DNA of 64,000 nucleotides from Octopus vulgaris (taxonomy: Eukaryota): positions 71,672,001 to 71,736,000 of the forward strand of contig OX597818.1 of NCBI GenBank assembly GCA_951406725.2. Reading direction: 5' to 3'. This document shows positions 41,395 through 60,825 of the stretch, piece by piece (within the stretch, counting starts at the first letter, position 1; each line of letters begins with the position of its first letter). The position numbers and the translations under genes were made by a program. The notes below the pieces were generated by a model, which did not search any database, was not told the DNA's origin, and worked only from the letters and a program-made list of their open reading frames with translations.

Positions 41395-43165
41395 ATTCTT
41401 TTATTGGCCACAAGGGCTAATATAAATATACATAAAATTACATGTAACAACATAAAAGACGAACACAAAACGATACAATGGGTTTTCAAATCAAGTAAAC
41501 ATTATAAAAAACAATGAAAAGTTAAAATTAAACAAAAATAAAATCTCCCAATATGGGGTGGCGCTTTAAGGTTACTCGTGGAAAATCCCACAAAAAGCCA
41601 CTTGTGCTTGATCAACAGAGCAAGAGCCCTAGTCCTTTTATTTCTTCACAGGTGTATGCTCAGAATTTGTCCTTTCACACTGGCCAATCTTCTAACATTC
41701 ACCCTCCTTTCAACAAACTTGCTAGAAGGCAACACTTCCCTTTCCACCCTCACTTTCCTCTTCAAGTGAATCTTGCAAAAGTTGATGAGGGTTTGGCCAA
41801 AGAAGAAAGTGTCTGACTTTAGCCCTTTCAGACGAGTCCACCATACTACCTCTCTCGCTACAGCCACCAGACAATTAAAAATTGCCTGCTGCTCCTCGCC
41901 AAAGGATGGTGGCGGGGCAATCTTCAATATGGATTCAGCTGGTAGCCAGATCCGTCCCACACGTGACATCAGGTGTTCAACATAAACCCACAGGTCAGCA
42001 ATGCTCAGGCACTGGACTAGGGCGTGCAGAACGGTTTCGTCTCTCTGCGCACTCTTCGGGCAGGCCCGGCTGACGGCAATTCCGTGCCTGTAAAGTTTAT
42101 CCCGAAAGGACAGCGCCCCTCGGTAGCACTGCCAGGCAAGGGATTTCTGGAAGTCATCCATAGGCCCAGGCCCGAAATTTCTCCGAATCAGGCCGGTTAG
42201 TTGATCCTCGTCGACGCCTAGAGTTTCTCTGAGAACATCGTCGCACTTCCCTTCCACTAGCCCTCTATAGAACGTTAAAGTGGAACCACCACCGATTGCA
42301 TTGCCCGCCTGGCGAAGGGCTGTGAGCGCTTGACAGCACTCGAGGTGCCAAGCGTCCCTCCTCTGTATACTCCTAATCCAGGTTTGCAGCTCAGTCAAAA
42401 AGACGAGCTGTGGAAAAATGAGTCTGAAAAACAGCAACCATACCTGCTCACCGTCAAGGAAACGCTGGAAATGCTGAGCGCATGTCTGTGCCTCAGCAGA
42501 TGGATCGCCTGACCAGTGGTACCTGACCCTTCCACAAAAAGTCAAAGAGCAAGCGTACCAGCTTGGCCAACAAGCGGTCGGGACAAGGGACGACGGTCAA
42601 GCGGTAATAGATGACGGATGCGATGTACGCATTCACCACCTCCGCTCGACCTTTCAGGGACAGCTTCCTCTCGGCCCATTTCTGGGTGAGATTGGCCACC
42701 CTGCTCGTCACCTGGTCCCAATTTTTCGCCACCTGGAGGTCTGAACCGAACCAGACCCCGAGCAATTTAAACAGACCACCTGCCTAGCACCCCACGACAC
42801 TGTTGGACGGCATGGACTTGCCTCTCCAGGTGCCTAGTTACAAGCCCACGGACTTTTTCGCGTTAATTTTTGCCCCTGTCACCGCTTCATATTCGTTCAG
42901 CGTCTCGCCCATCAGGTCAGTGTGCCTGTGGCATAGGCAGACACGCTGTTTCCACCTCCTAGATCGCGCGGGATTGCCCTCGAAGCATCCAACTTGCGCA
43001 GTAATTGCTCGAGAGTCAATACGTACAAGAGGGAGGAGAGAGGGCATCCTTAGCGGACCGAACGCGAGATGTCAAACAGCTCTGAAAGGTGACTGTTCAC
43101 CTGTATTATCGAGCAGATGTTGCTGTATAAAGCAGCGATCCACCCGCGGAAGACCGAAGCCGGTG
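41395..43165 (-). mobile_element. 5'-truncated Tx1/L1-clade LINE related to 27978-32345
   Basis: SRSVR.GCP, YEAVTGAKIN, LGVWFG, LSLKGRA, FQKSLAWQCYR, RDKL, ETVLHAL.QC; 3' end gcccttgtggccaataaaagaat abuts (TAA)n. Confidence 0.88.
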
Positions 43166-43324
43166 AATTCAAATTTTGGCACAAGGCAGTAGTTTCGTAG
43201 GTGAGGAGCAAATCAATTATATCCACCCCAGTGCTCAACTAGTACTTATTTCATCGATCCCGAAAGGATGGAAGTCAATGTCAAGCTAGCATTTGAACTC
43301 AGAACGTAAATAGCAATGATGATG

Positions 43325-43378
<54 letters not shown>

Positions 43379-43419
43379 GGCCACAAGGGCTTACATTAAA
43401 AACAACATGAAATAATAAT

Positions 43420-44737
43420 AAGTACTCGGATATTTTAGAAATGAATAAATTGATGGAGAAAGATATGACAGAAAAATTAAAAGTGGAATACTTGTGCAGA
43501 CTGAGACTAATCCTTAAGTCGAAATTAAACGGACGGAATAAGATCGAAGCTATCAACACCTGGGCGGTTTCACTCCTTAGATATGGAGCAGGGGTAATCG
43601 CATGGACAGTAGACGAACTAAACAACTTAGACAGAAAGACAAGGAAGATGCTAACTAGACATGGGTCACTCCACCCCAAAAGTGACACAGACAGACTGTA
43701 TGTACCAAGAAAAAGAGAGGGAAGAGGACTTATTGGAAGGGAACACAGCATTAGAGCAGAAGAAAACAACATAGTATAGTATGTAAAAAATGCCAAAGAA
43801 CCGCTATTATTAGAAGTAAGAAGGTCAGGCTTGTGTGAGATGAAAGATAGCAAAGATAAAGCACTAGACAAGAAAATGAAAACGAATAAAACTAAAAATA
43901 GGTTGGTAAAGAAAAGAATGCATGGTCAGTTTCATAGAGATGTTGAAGATAAGATAGACAGAGAAAAATATGGCTGTGGATGACTAAAAGTGATTTAAGA
44001 CTGGAAACGGAAGCTCTAATATGTATTGCCCAAGAGCAAGCACTAAGAACAAACTACATAAAATACAGAGTAGACAACACAGCAGAAAGTGATAAGTGCA
44101 GAATCTTTGGCCAAAACGGTGAAACTGTATGGCATATTACCAGCCAATGTATGCCACTAGCCCAGAAGGAATATAAGAGACGCTACGACAATATAGCGAA
44201 GCTTGTCCATTGGACACTTTGCAACAAGTATGGACTTGACAGAGCAAAAAGTTGGTATGACTGAAGGCATCGTCAAGAATAGAAATGCAAAGATCCTGTG
44301 GGATTTTATGATTCAGTGCGACCATGAGATAGAGAACAGGAAGCCAGGCATAGTCTTAATTGAGAAAGAAAACAAATTATACTGGATCATTGACACAGCA
44401 TGCCCAACTGACAACGAGGTATGCGATAAGGAAGAAAGAAAAGTCGAGAGATATGACAGGTTAGCTTGGGAAGTTAAGCAGTTGTGGTCGATGAAAAAGG
44501 TAGTGGTTGTACGAATAATTGTCGGAGCCCTGGGAACAATGAGCAAAAATCTTGAGAAGTACGTGGAACAAATAGGGGCTGCAATAAGGGTGGAGCACGT
44601 GCGGAAAACATCACTGCTTGGAACCGCTCGAATACTCCGGAAGCTACTCGAAAAATAAAGGATATTACCTTAGTCCACTGGTAGTGAACAGCTGAAACCG
44701 TAGTACATCTCCAGCGTTAGAAGCTGTACAAAGGCAA
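43420..44737 (+). mobile_element. 5'-truncated Dong/R4-clade retrotransposon, family 2, with (TAA)n tail
   Basis: LNGRNKIEAINTWAV..LRY, LDRKTRK, HPKSDTDRLY.PR..GRGL, ETEALICIAQEQAL, CRI...ETVWHI..C, ILWDF, KPGIV, IIVGALG. Confidence 0.88.
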
Positions 44738-44970
44738 TGATAATAATAATAATTCTTTCTATTATAGGCACAAGGCCTGAAATGTAGGGGACGAAGTGGT
44801 TAAGTCAGTTCCATTGACCACAGTGTTCAACTGATACTTATTCTATGGACCCCGAAAGGAAGAAAGGCAAAGTGTACTTCGGCGGAATTTGAACTCAGAA
44901 TGTAAGGACGGACGAAATGCTACTACGCATTTTGCCCGGCGTGCTAGCGATTCTACCAGCCTGGTGTTCT

Positions 44971-45082
<112 letters not shown>

Positions 45083-45309
45083 CTTTTCTACTAAAAGCAC
45101 AATGCCTGAAATTTTGGGCGTAGGGACTAGTCGCTTACATTGACCCCAGTGTTTCACTGGTACTTAATTTATCGACCCCGAAAGGAAGAAAGGAAAAGTC
45201 GATTTCAGCGGAATTTGAACGTAGCGGCAGACGAAATACTGCTAAGCATTCCGCCCAGCGTATTAATAATTCCTTCTGTTATAGGTACAAGATCAGAAAT
45301 TTTGTGGGA

Positions 45310-45975
45310 AGTTGCTGGTTGACTGCATCGACCTGAGCGCTCGAACGCCTCTTCATAGACACTCACTCCCAGAAAGTGAAGGTTTATCCTCGGTTTGTCC
45401 TCCGAGAGTTGCTATCTTCTAAGGCCGCCAAGCCCATTGATAGGGCCGGTGTAGCTGTGGACAGTAGTACCCTCTCCTAGAGACACACTTTGACAAAAAC
45501 TAAGGAGTGTCTCATTCCCAGTAGTCTTCTAGTCATGGCCAATGGCCACTTTAAGAGCATTATAGGCACCACCTTCGAGCAAAGCAATGTACTGAGATCT
45601 CGAAATACACAACAACGGCCATAAATAAATTATAATTTGCTTCTCCACCCCGAAACATGGGGCTGCCAGGAAATTACCTAGTCTGCCTATACTTTAAGGT
45701 AGCACTGTTTACAGCAAGCCGGACACTAACCTGAAATTTCACAAATATCTTTTGTTATCCGGCAGGTTTATAGTTGGTTGTACCAGTTGTACCAGACAAG
45801 ATGTTATCAGTAGCGCTCGTGTATTATTATATATGTATATATGTGCTTTAATGACTATAAAACGTATTATAACCTCCCCCGACGGTATCGTTAGCCCGTT
45901 CATACATTTGATTTTGCCTCTCTTCAAGACTAATACACTACACTTTCTCAGTCCGAACTCTATCAGCACTGAAGG
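45310..45975 (-). mobile_element. Rearranged Dong/R4 fragment: short RT piece plus a possible 5'UTR-like segment
   Basis: 45850-45970 reads IEFGLRKCSVLVLKRGK (cf. MKFGIEKCAKVTLKRGK at about 47950); the rest is non-coding and unassigned. Confidence 0.45.
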
Positions 45976-45998
45976 TATACACCGTTTATTTTTATTTA

Positions 45999-50532
<4,534 letters not shown>

Positions 50533-50575
50533 TTATTATTACTATTATTATTAGTACTACTACTATTATTAATAT

Positions 50576-50720
<145 letters not shown>

Positions 50721-50752
50721 TTCATCATTATCATTATCATTATCAGTATCAG

Positions 50753-50791
<39 letters not shown>

Positions 50792-50819
50792 TGTTATTAT
50801 TATTATTATTATTATTATT

Positions 50820-51376
50820 GAGTGAGAGAGCAGTGTATGCCATCAAAGTGACACTGGGGTAAAATATACGAAGCCCAGTATACTTATCATGACTACCCGT
50901 CTGATAATGGTACACTAGGTACATGCATCACAACTATGTGCGCGACATAGTGATCTCATATCAAGATAAACAGCGTATGACCTTGCAAGTGGGACCTAGT
51001 TAGAATTTTCTTCTGGTCGAATAACCCATCCCGCTCAAAAGGTCCCTGAATAAGGGTTGTTTAAGGATGTTGAACGAAACACTCATGTTTCCAGAGGTAA
51101 ATTATTCAAACCTCAAAGAATCCCTCTCAACACATGGCTGTGATGCTCCCCGACTACTTCTGCTCGTAATCAGATATGCACATATCGTCAGCCACTAAGG
51201 GACATGCTCAACTGGTTACGGTCAAACGACTGACAAGCAAATCTGTGGTATTGAGCAGAATATTTGCTGTAGCCCATCTTTTATACCAAGACAAAACAAT
51301 GTACATGATTAACACTTCCAGTGAGTTAAGATCAGGAGCCATGAGAGCCACTGTCTGGTACTGCATCAGGGCATTT
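50820..51376 (-). mobile_element. About 555-bp non-coding interspersed element bounded by trinucleotide arrays
   Basis: Sharp boundaries against (TTA)n and (CTT)n; no ORF and no obvious Pol III boxes. Strand inferred from the (TAA)n tail. Confidence 0.5.
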
Positions 51377-51436
51377 CTTCTTCTTCTTCTTCTTCTTCTT
51401 CTTCTTCTTCTTCTTCTTCTTCTTCTTCTTCTTCTT

Positions 51437-51467
<31 letters not shown>

Positions 51468-51479
51468 ATATTATTATTA

Positions 51480-51580
<101 letters not shown>

Positions 51581-51744
51581 TATTATTATTATCATCATCA
51601 TCATTATTATGATTATACAGTTGTACATTAGCATTAACACATTAAAACATTTGTACATTAACATTAGCACATCAGTATAATTATAAAACGATAAAAACTA
51701 AACTTTTATTGTAACTTACATTTATTTTATCAACTTCACCTACA

Positions 51745-51782
<38 letters not shown>

Positions 51783-51915
51783 TATAAATGAAGAAAAATA
51801 TTAAACTCTTTTTCTTTCAAAATATTATCGTTCACATAACATTTATAAATTCTTTTCCTCCCTTCCTCTCTCTCCCCCTCTCTCTCCCCCCTCTCTCTCT
51901 ATATATATACACACA

Positions 51916-53115
51916 CAGGGAGCGTAAGATATTTGAGGACAGATTTATGTTTATAACAACAGTTAATAACTTTATCAAAAAGTGCTATGAAGATAAAGCC
52001 ACCTTCAGCTTCACCAACTGCTTCTATATGAAATCTAAATCATCTACATGCTCGGATCAAGTGGTCCTGGTTCATTTTGGACATTACTCTATGACAGCTT
52101 TCAAGGGATCTTTGGTGTTATGGGCATGTTTATTGACCTCTCCCTTAGCAACGCTTTACATGTAATAGACCAATGGATTGAGATCTGGAAAATTAGGAGG
52201 CCAAATGTTAGGGGTTATGTCATCATGAAAATTTTCAGCTATCCATTCTTGTGTTACTAGAGCCATGTGTGATAGTGCAGTGTTACTGAAACACATATGA
52301 CCTTCCATTGCATACACTGCCTATCCAGGACTTAACAATTGTTTCCAGGACATCAATGTAGACAGCAGAGTTAACTTTAAGGCCTTCTGGAAAGAAGTAA
52401 GGAGACATCACATGTCCTTCATTGCTGGCAATCTCTAAAACCATGACAGTTGCAGGAAATTTTGTATGCATAACACTTGGAACTGCAGAAGGGTTTGCAC
52501 ATAATCATCTGTCATTTCTTCTGTTAACTTTTTGAACTTGGTCGAAGTTTTTCTCATTCGAGAAAAACCAAATCAAATCTTCCGTAGGATTTTTCAGTTT
52601 GTTTAAGAGCCTTTTAGATCTGATGTAGCGATTTTCTTTTGCTTTTTCAGACAAATTGACCTTTCCTCATCATATAAGACTTATTATCTGATGTCTTGGT
52701 GGACCACATTTCTGACTGTTCCTTCTGACACATGGAGATCTTTTGCAATTGACCTCATGGACTTTCAGGGATTGTAATCAATGGTTTGTTGAACTTGCGG
52801 ATAAATTTAAGTGTTCTGATGATTTCAGGGCGTTTAGAATGCTTTTTTTGCTTTAATACTGGTGATACGTTTCCATCTTCAGTCTCTAGCACCTTACAAA
52901 CTTTGTAGACGAAAGATCTGGAAACTTTTAAAAATCGAAATATTCCAAATCGCTATGCTTAGCCTTTATAACAACAATAACAACATGCCTCTTCATTTTT
53001 TAAGTAAACTGAGTATCTGCCATTATTATTTTCTGAAACAAAGATTAAACAGAGTTAGTAAAAAATGCCGCAATGACCCCCGAAAGGTACGTCCTCAAAT
53101 ACCTTACGCACTCTG
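51916..53115 (-). mobile_element. Tc1/mariner superfamily element (maT/DD37D-like) with both TIRs and a defective transposase
   Basis: TIRs CAGGGAGCGTAAGATATTTGAGGAC (51916) and the reverse complement of 53091-53115, CAGAGTGCGTAAGGTATTTGAGGAC. Protein remnants WFFSNEKNF, TKFPATVMV...EGHVM.P.FF, YVFQ and WPPNFPDLNPL. Confidence 0.85.
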
Positions 53116-53306
53116 TGTATGTGTGTATAGTTGAAATTTACAAAAAGTAGAAGATGACAGGTGTATAAACAAGAAACAGGTGTATTAGTTTGACGCTCGG
53201 GAAGGTGAGAAAATCTATACATATATAAATACATATACATATATACATACATACATACACACATACATAGATACACCAACACACACACACACACATATAC
53301 ATACAT

Positions 53307-53348
<42 letters not shown>

Positions 53349-53536
53349 GTACATATATCTACATATACATCTATATATATATACATATCTACTAAATCCA
53401 CTCACAAGGCTTTAATCGGTCCGAGGCTTATAGTAGAAGATAAGGTGCCACGTAGTGGGACTGAACCCGGAGCCATATGGTCGGGAAGCAAGCTTCTTAC
53501 CACATAACCACATCTGCACTTATAAACACACACACA

Positions 53537-55389
<1,853 letters not shown>

Positions 55390-57159
55390 GCGCGGACGGT
55401 AATATTTTTCAACCGAGATATTACAACTGTATCTTTTCATGTGCATCAATTCTGTGTATGCACTCAATTACTGACGTTTATCAATGGTTTCTCCCATTGT
55501 TTTCACGTACCATTTTCTATCAATAGAACTGTCGACATTTTTGACGACACGAGTATGTTAGTTTATAATAAAACGTTATACAGTTATAGCAAGACATCTG
55601 ATAGTAATGGCATTCTTTGTTATATAGCTATGACGTCAGTAAATCAAAAGAAGCACTCAACGCGTTTGGAAGCATACGTTTATAATGATATATATATATA
55701 TTTATTTATTTATTTATTTATTTATACATGTTCCATAAATAATATCATTACATTCTCGTCGTAGTTAGGGGAAAAATAACCTATTCTTGATGAAGTATTA
55801 ATGTAAACCATTCTGGTTACTGAGATCTTGGTGTGTTGTCACTGTGAAGCTTAATATATGTTTATTTAACATATGGTGTAACAAATTTAATCTCAAAGAT
55901 AATGTGTTGGTTTTCTAATGAATGCACATCTATATATGTATGTATATACACGATTAGGTAAGACTACAGGATTAAGTGTTATAGCAAATGATATAAATGC
56001 AAATGATTATATGTGTGTTAGGCTATGTATTACACTACCACACTAAACGTATTTTCTTTTAATTTCCTTCTTTGAATTCTTCCTGTAAAGAAAGCTTTGA
56101 CTTCTAACAAAGAAAAAAAGCTCTGTCGCTGTAATTTAGACAACGAAACATTAGGGACATGCAAAATAAATCTGTGTATATTTATATTTAACACGTTTGT
56201 GTGACTCAAACATAGAAAGACATTTTGCTGAAGTAACTTTCTCGGAATAGAAATTCTCCTTATTAACAATGCATGTAAAAACCAAGATGGGCCACGAATG
56301 ATGTTATCGGATTGTTTCTGCATCGTTACGCTACTGAAACCGAATCTATCGTTCATAGTCCACTAAGAACTATCTTATATGTAAAATAGCAAATAATAAA
56401 TTTGCTGGCGAGTGCAAAGCTTTATCATTAATAAATTATAGTACACTAAGTGATGATTAAAATAAAGCTATGTACATTTATATTTATCACGTGCGAGTAA
56501 ACTTCAAACGTAGAAAGACCTTTGTTGCGGTAACTATCTAGTAAAAGAAATTCTTCTTATAGACATTGTGTGGAAACACACCGAGCTGGAGAATTTTTTG
56601 TTTATAGTTTAGTCAAAGGAGGAAGAACAATCCTTATAACTCATTCCATGACCTCTAAGTCTAATGAGAGGAATTTGTCTCAGACAGGCAACCTGTAATG
56701 AATGCAAAGAATGGACTTCTCTAAAGGCACCCAAGGAACAGATGGAGATCTTGAATCAAGTGACAGGTTAAGTTTTATATTAATTTTTTTGTGTTTGCTG
56801 TTTCTCTTACGCGTTGATTCAGATGGATACGTTTGAGATTATCTTTTTCCTTGTATACAAATAGAAATGTATATGCTGTACCTATGTGCGATATAGGAAG
56901 TCGAGGGACATAGGAAATTAGTATCTTAATGTCATTTTTGACCATTGCTGATTACATTTGTAACACCAACAGTTATATGACGTATATAACATTTGCTATC
57001 GCATCTGGTAGACTTAAGGATTTCACTGCCTCGTTTCTTCATTAAATTTTTTTATAGACATTGTCTACTGTTTGACTGTGAAAACAATTCCTTCAAAATA
57101 GAAGTCTCGCGTTCAAAAGCTGTTACACTCCTTGTGAATATTGGTCTCATTCACTTAAA

Positions 57160-57370
57160 GCGGCGAGCTGGCAGAATCATTACCGCACCGAGAAAATGCT
57201 TAGCGGCATTTCGTCCGTCTTTATGTTCTGAGTTCAAATTCCGCTAAGGTTCACTTTGCCTCTCATCCTTTCGGGGTCAATAAAATAAGTACCAGTTGAA
57301 CACTGGAGTGAATGTTATTGACTTATCCCTACCTCTGAAATTGCCGGCCCTCTGCTAAAATTTGGAATCA
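57160..57370 (+). mobile_element. SINE family B, well-preserved copy
   Basis: gcggcgagcTGGCAGAATCattac (A box)...gaGTTCAAATTCcg (B box)...cctttcggggtcaataaaataagtaccagtt. Confidence 0.8.
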
Positions 57371-59135
57371 ATATTAGTCTCATTATCAAACAGCCAAATA
57401 TAATGTTTTGTAGTTCAAAACAACAACAGTATTAGGTTTGTTGTTTGCTTTCGCAATTGGTTTATTTTTTTAGATCCCTCAAATATTTTTTCTCAGTTTC
57501 GCTGTATCAATCTTTATGGTGGATTGGTATTTGTTAACTTACTTTTTCTAAGTGATTTTAGTGGGTATTGCACAGAAGTAACCACCGTGATGAAACGATT
57601 CTAAAAACTATTGTAGGCTTTTAGAGTCATTTACCTTTTCTGCAGTTTGTATTGTGCTTCAAGTATCTACATACAACTTTCTCAGTAAGCTGATCTATTT
57701 TTTGTTTTTACTGACGTGTTACATCAATGTTATCTGGAGAAAGGCCAATGTCAGTTTTTATTTCATGTCTCTCCTCAAGTTCACAAGCTGTAATACATTA
57801 ATTTCAGACAATAGATTGAAGTTCTTTCCTCTGCCAGAGATGTTGCGTCGCGCTTACATTCTATGTTTTATAATGACGTCATTACCTATTTATGACTGAC
57901 CTTTCTATTATCATAGCAATTATAGTTTGGCTTATTACTTCCATTGATGATGAAGTTCCTGGTAGTAATATTAGGTCACTCTAATGTCCATCAGGCCACA
58001 CTAATGTACATTAAGATATCATAAATGTGTTGTGAGCGATATGCTTCTTATACACGTGACGGTCATATTTTAATAACACCCTTTGAAGTTTCACCTCTTA
58101 CTCACTCGATATTAAATAGGTTCTCATCATATCTGACATTCTCATCTTATCTAAGAATATTTGTAATTTCCATCATGCTGTAGAAGTTGTCACTTTTAGA
58201 TTTCCGTGGCAAGGCACAACTTTCCTTGTCTTGTATCCATATATATATATATTTGACAAACTAGTCTTAATTCTTGTAGAGTTATTTAATCTATATTTTT
58301 TTAAAATCTCATTACCAAATACTCTTGATACTGTTAATATTTGATAGTCTTCGTATTCAACTCATACTCAGCTCGTACTCTACTCGTACAAGTTCACTTT
58401 GTTCACGAAGAAAATATTTCAAAAGGTTTTGTTTTGAATCAGATCTTTATCCATCCATCCATCCATCCATCCATCCATCCATCCATCCATCCATCCATCC
58501 ATCCATTCCTCTACACATTTATTCATGCATACACGCATATTATGTGTGTGTGTGTATGTTTGTGTGTGTGCATGTGTGTTAACGTGCGTATCTGTGTGCA
58601 TGTGTGCGTGCGCATATATATATTACATACATAAGTATGTATACGTTTGAATGTGTGTGTATGTATGTTCTCTTCTGTTCTTAATAATTCGAAATCATCC
58701 TATAAGGAAGGAGCTGTTTTTTAACAACGCTACAAAGCACTATCGCTGGAATGTAAATAACAAACACGCATTCACATTTTAGACCTGAGAAAAGTCTTGC
58801 ATATTTTTACTGTTCCACTTACAGATTGTATTTGTAATGTGCGAATTAGCTGGTTGATTTCTTTTTCTGAAAACCCTAGCTTATGCAGATTGTTACTTAG
58901 GTATTTATTCACAAAATCAAGCACAAAAATTTTCATTGGTATAGATGTGAATTTATAATCTAAGTGTAGAAGCTGGAGGTTTCGAAAGAGTTGTCCGTAG
59001 TTTTCCTCTTTCTCTTTGGTTTTACATCAGTAGGGTAGCTATGACGACACAAAATTTTACTTGTCTGTCCCAAGCAACGATATCCGGGTTGTTATGTTTA
59101 CATTTATAAGAAGTTCAGATGGAAATGCTCCATTT

Positions 59136-59210
59136 ATGTATGTATGTATGCATGTATGTATGTATGTATGTATGTATGTATGTATGTATGTATGTATGTA
59201 TGTATGTATG

Positions 59211-59244
<34 letters not shown>

Positions 59245-59362
59245 TGTATGTATGTATGTATGTATGTATGTATGTATGTATGTATGTATGTATATATGTA
59301 TGTATATATGTATGTATGTTTGTATGTATGTATGTATGTATGTATGTATGTATGTATGTATG
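59136..59362. repeat. (TATG)n microsatellite
   Basis: Tetranucleotide array; a similar (TACA)n array lies at 19297-19381. Confidence 0.95.
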
Positions 59363-59410
59363 ATAAAACTTACTTGGAAGAGGATGCGTAGCGTTCAATC
59401 ATATAATAAT

Positions 59411-59465
<55 letters not shown>

Positions 59466-59470
<5 letters not shown>

Positions 59471-60627
59471 TATGTGGGCACAGGACATCACGAAACATGT
59501 GCAACGAAAAGTACAAAGCACGCGTACAAAGTACGAGTACATGAACTATTCTTTTGAACAACGAAAGACACAAATGGAAAACAAAACAAACAGCATAAAG
59601 AGCGATCCTTCATTAGTTGTTGGCTGTTTTTCTAGTCTCGTATTTCGAGTATTTAACAACAATATACGTTTTCGATAAAACAGTTGCTCCCGCAAAGCAA
59701 ATTAAATCAAATTTGGGATTTTTGCGGAGGGTCAAAATAGGTAACACAAAGAGGACAGTGAAAACAAACAGGAAGGGCTGCTAAACGAGGTTGTGGTGGT
59801 GAACGCGTAAATCTAGCAAGGACAGGAGACAAGCAAGAACACTATTCCTTGTTCCAGCTACAACGGAGAGAAAGAAAGAAAGATGGCCGATGGTCACGTG
59901 GGAGCTATGTGAGCAAAGGAGGAGGAGTTAGGGAGAGAGAGTGACAGAGTAATAGGATAAAAACGTAGGAGAAGAGGAGATAAAAGGACAAGAGAGAAAA
60001 ATGAAAGAGTAAAAAGATCGTATAGAGTGCGCATCAGAATTATTAAGATAAAACTTTCTTGGAAGAGGTTGAGTGGGCGTTCAACCATATAATTTATATA
60101 AATAATATATATACTTCTCTCTCTTCTCTTCTCACATGACCGATTGGCCAGCCTGCTCTTCCTTTTTGATTTGACCGTGGTCTGTGCAACATCGATATTC
60201 TTCCCTGTGTTTGTAAAACATTTGTATCTCTGCCGTAAGGCTTCATTTCCACACGCGCCAGTTTAATTCAATTCGTCCTTAGTCGAAAGACGCCTGTTGT
60301 TATGTTGTTATGACCTGTTATTATTTTTATTGTATTTTTTTAATTGTATTTATATTTGTGTAACATTGTCCCTTTTTGCCATCCTTGTTTTTGTATACAT
60401 TCGATGCTTTCTTCCAAGGAATCTAATGCTCTTAGCTTAGTTTTTGCTTAGGGCTGGCCAGATTGGCGCAATCTCAAGAATAATCAGCCGAAATTGCGAG
60501 GATAATCTGGTTCTTGACTGAAGATAGAAAACTCCTTGTTTTCTTTGCATCGTCTTTCTGGATGTTTTGTTGTCCCCTTTTTATATCACTTAGTTGTCCA
60601 GATGTTTTGCGTTCTTGCCCCATTTTG

Positions 60628-60630
<3 letters not shown>
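59466..60630. mobile_element. Non-coding element of two diverged, head-to-head units between (TA)n tracts, each carrying a hammerhead-like motif; a partial third copy at 60750-60795
   Basis: Inverted motif tggccgatggtcacgtggg (59884) versus ctcacatgaccgattggcca (60131). Both units end in T-rich tails running into (TA)n. The terminal tgcat..gtggg.acaggacatcacgaaacatgt.caac is repeated at 60751. Confidence 0.55.
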
Positions 60631-60692
<62 letters not shown>

Positions 60693-60825
60693 AATATATT
60701 CATAAATACATATGTATAGGTACATACTTACATCTATACGTATATATATATGCATAAGTGGGTACAGGACATCACGAAACATGTACAACAAAAGGTATGT
60801 ATGTATGTATGTATGTATTTTTTTG

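Noticed and set aside
51240-51275. Faint resemblance to 28S rRNA (ctgctcaatac)
   Set aside because: The match is too short to support an rRNA origin.
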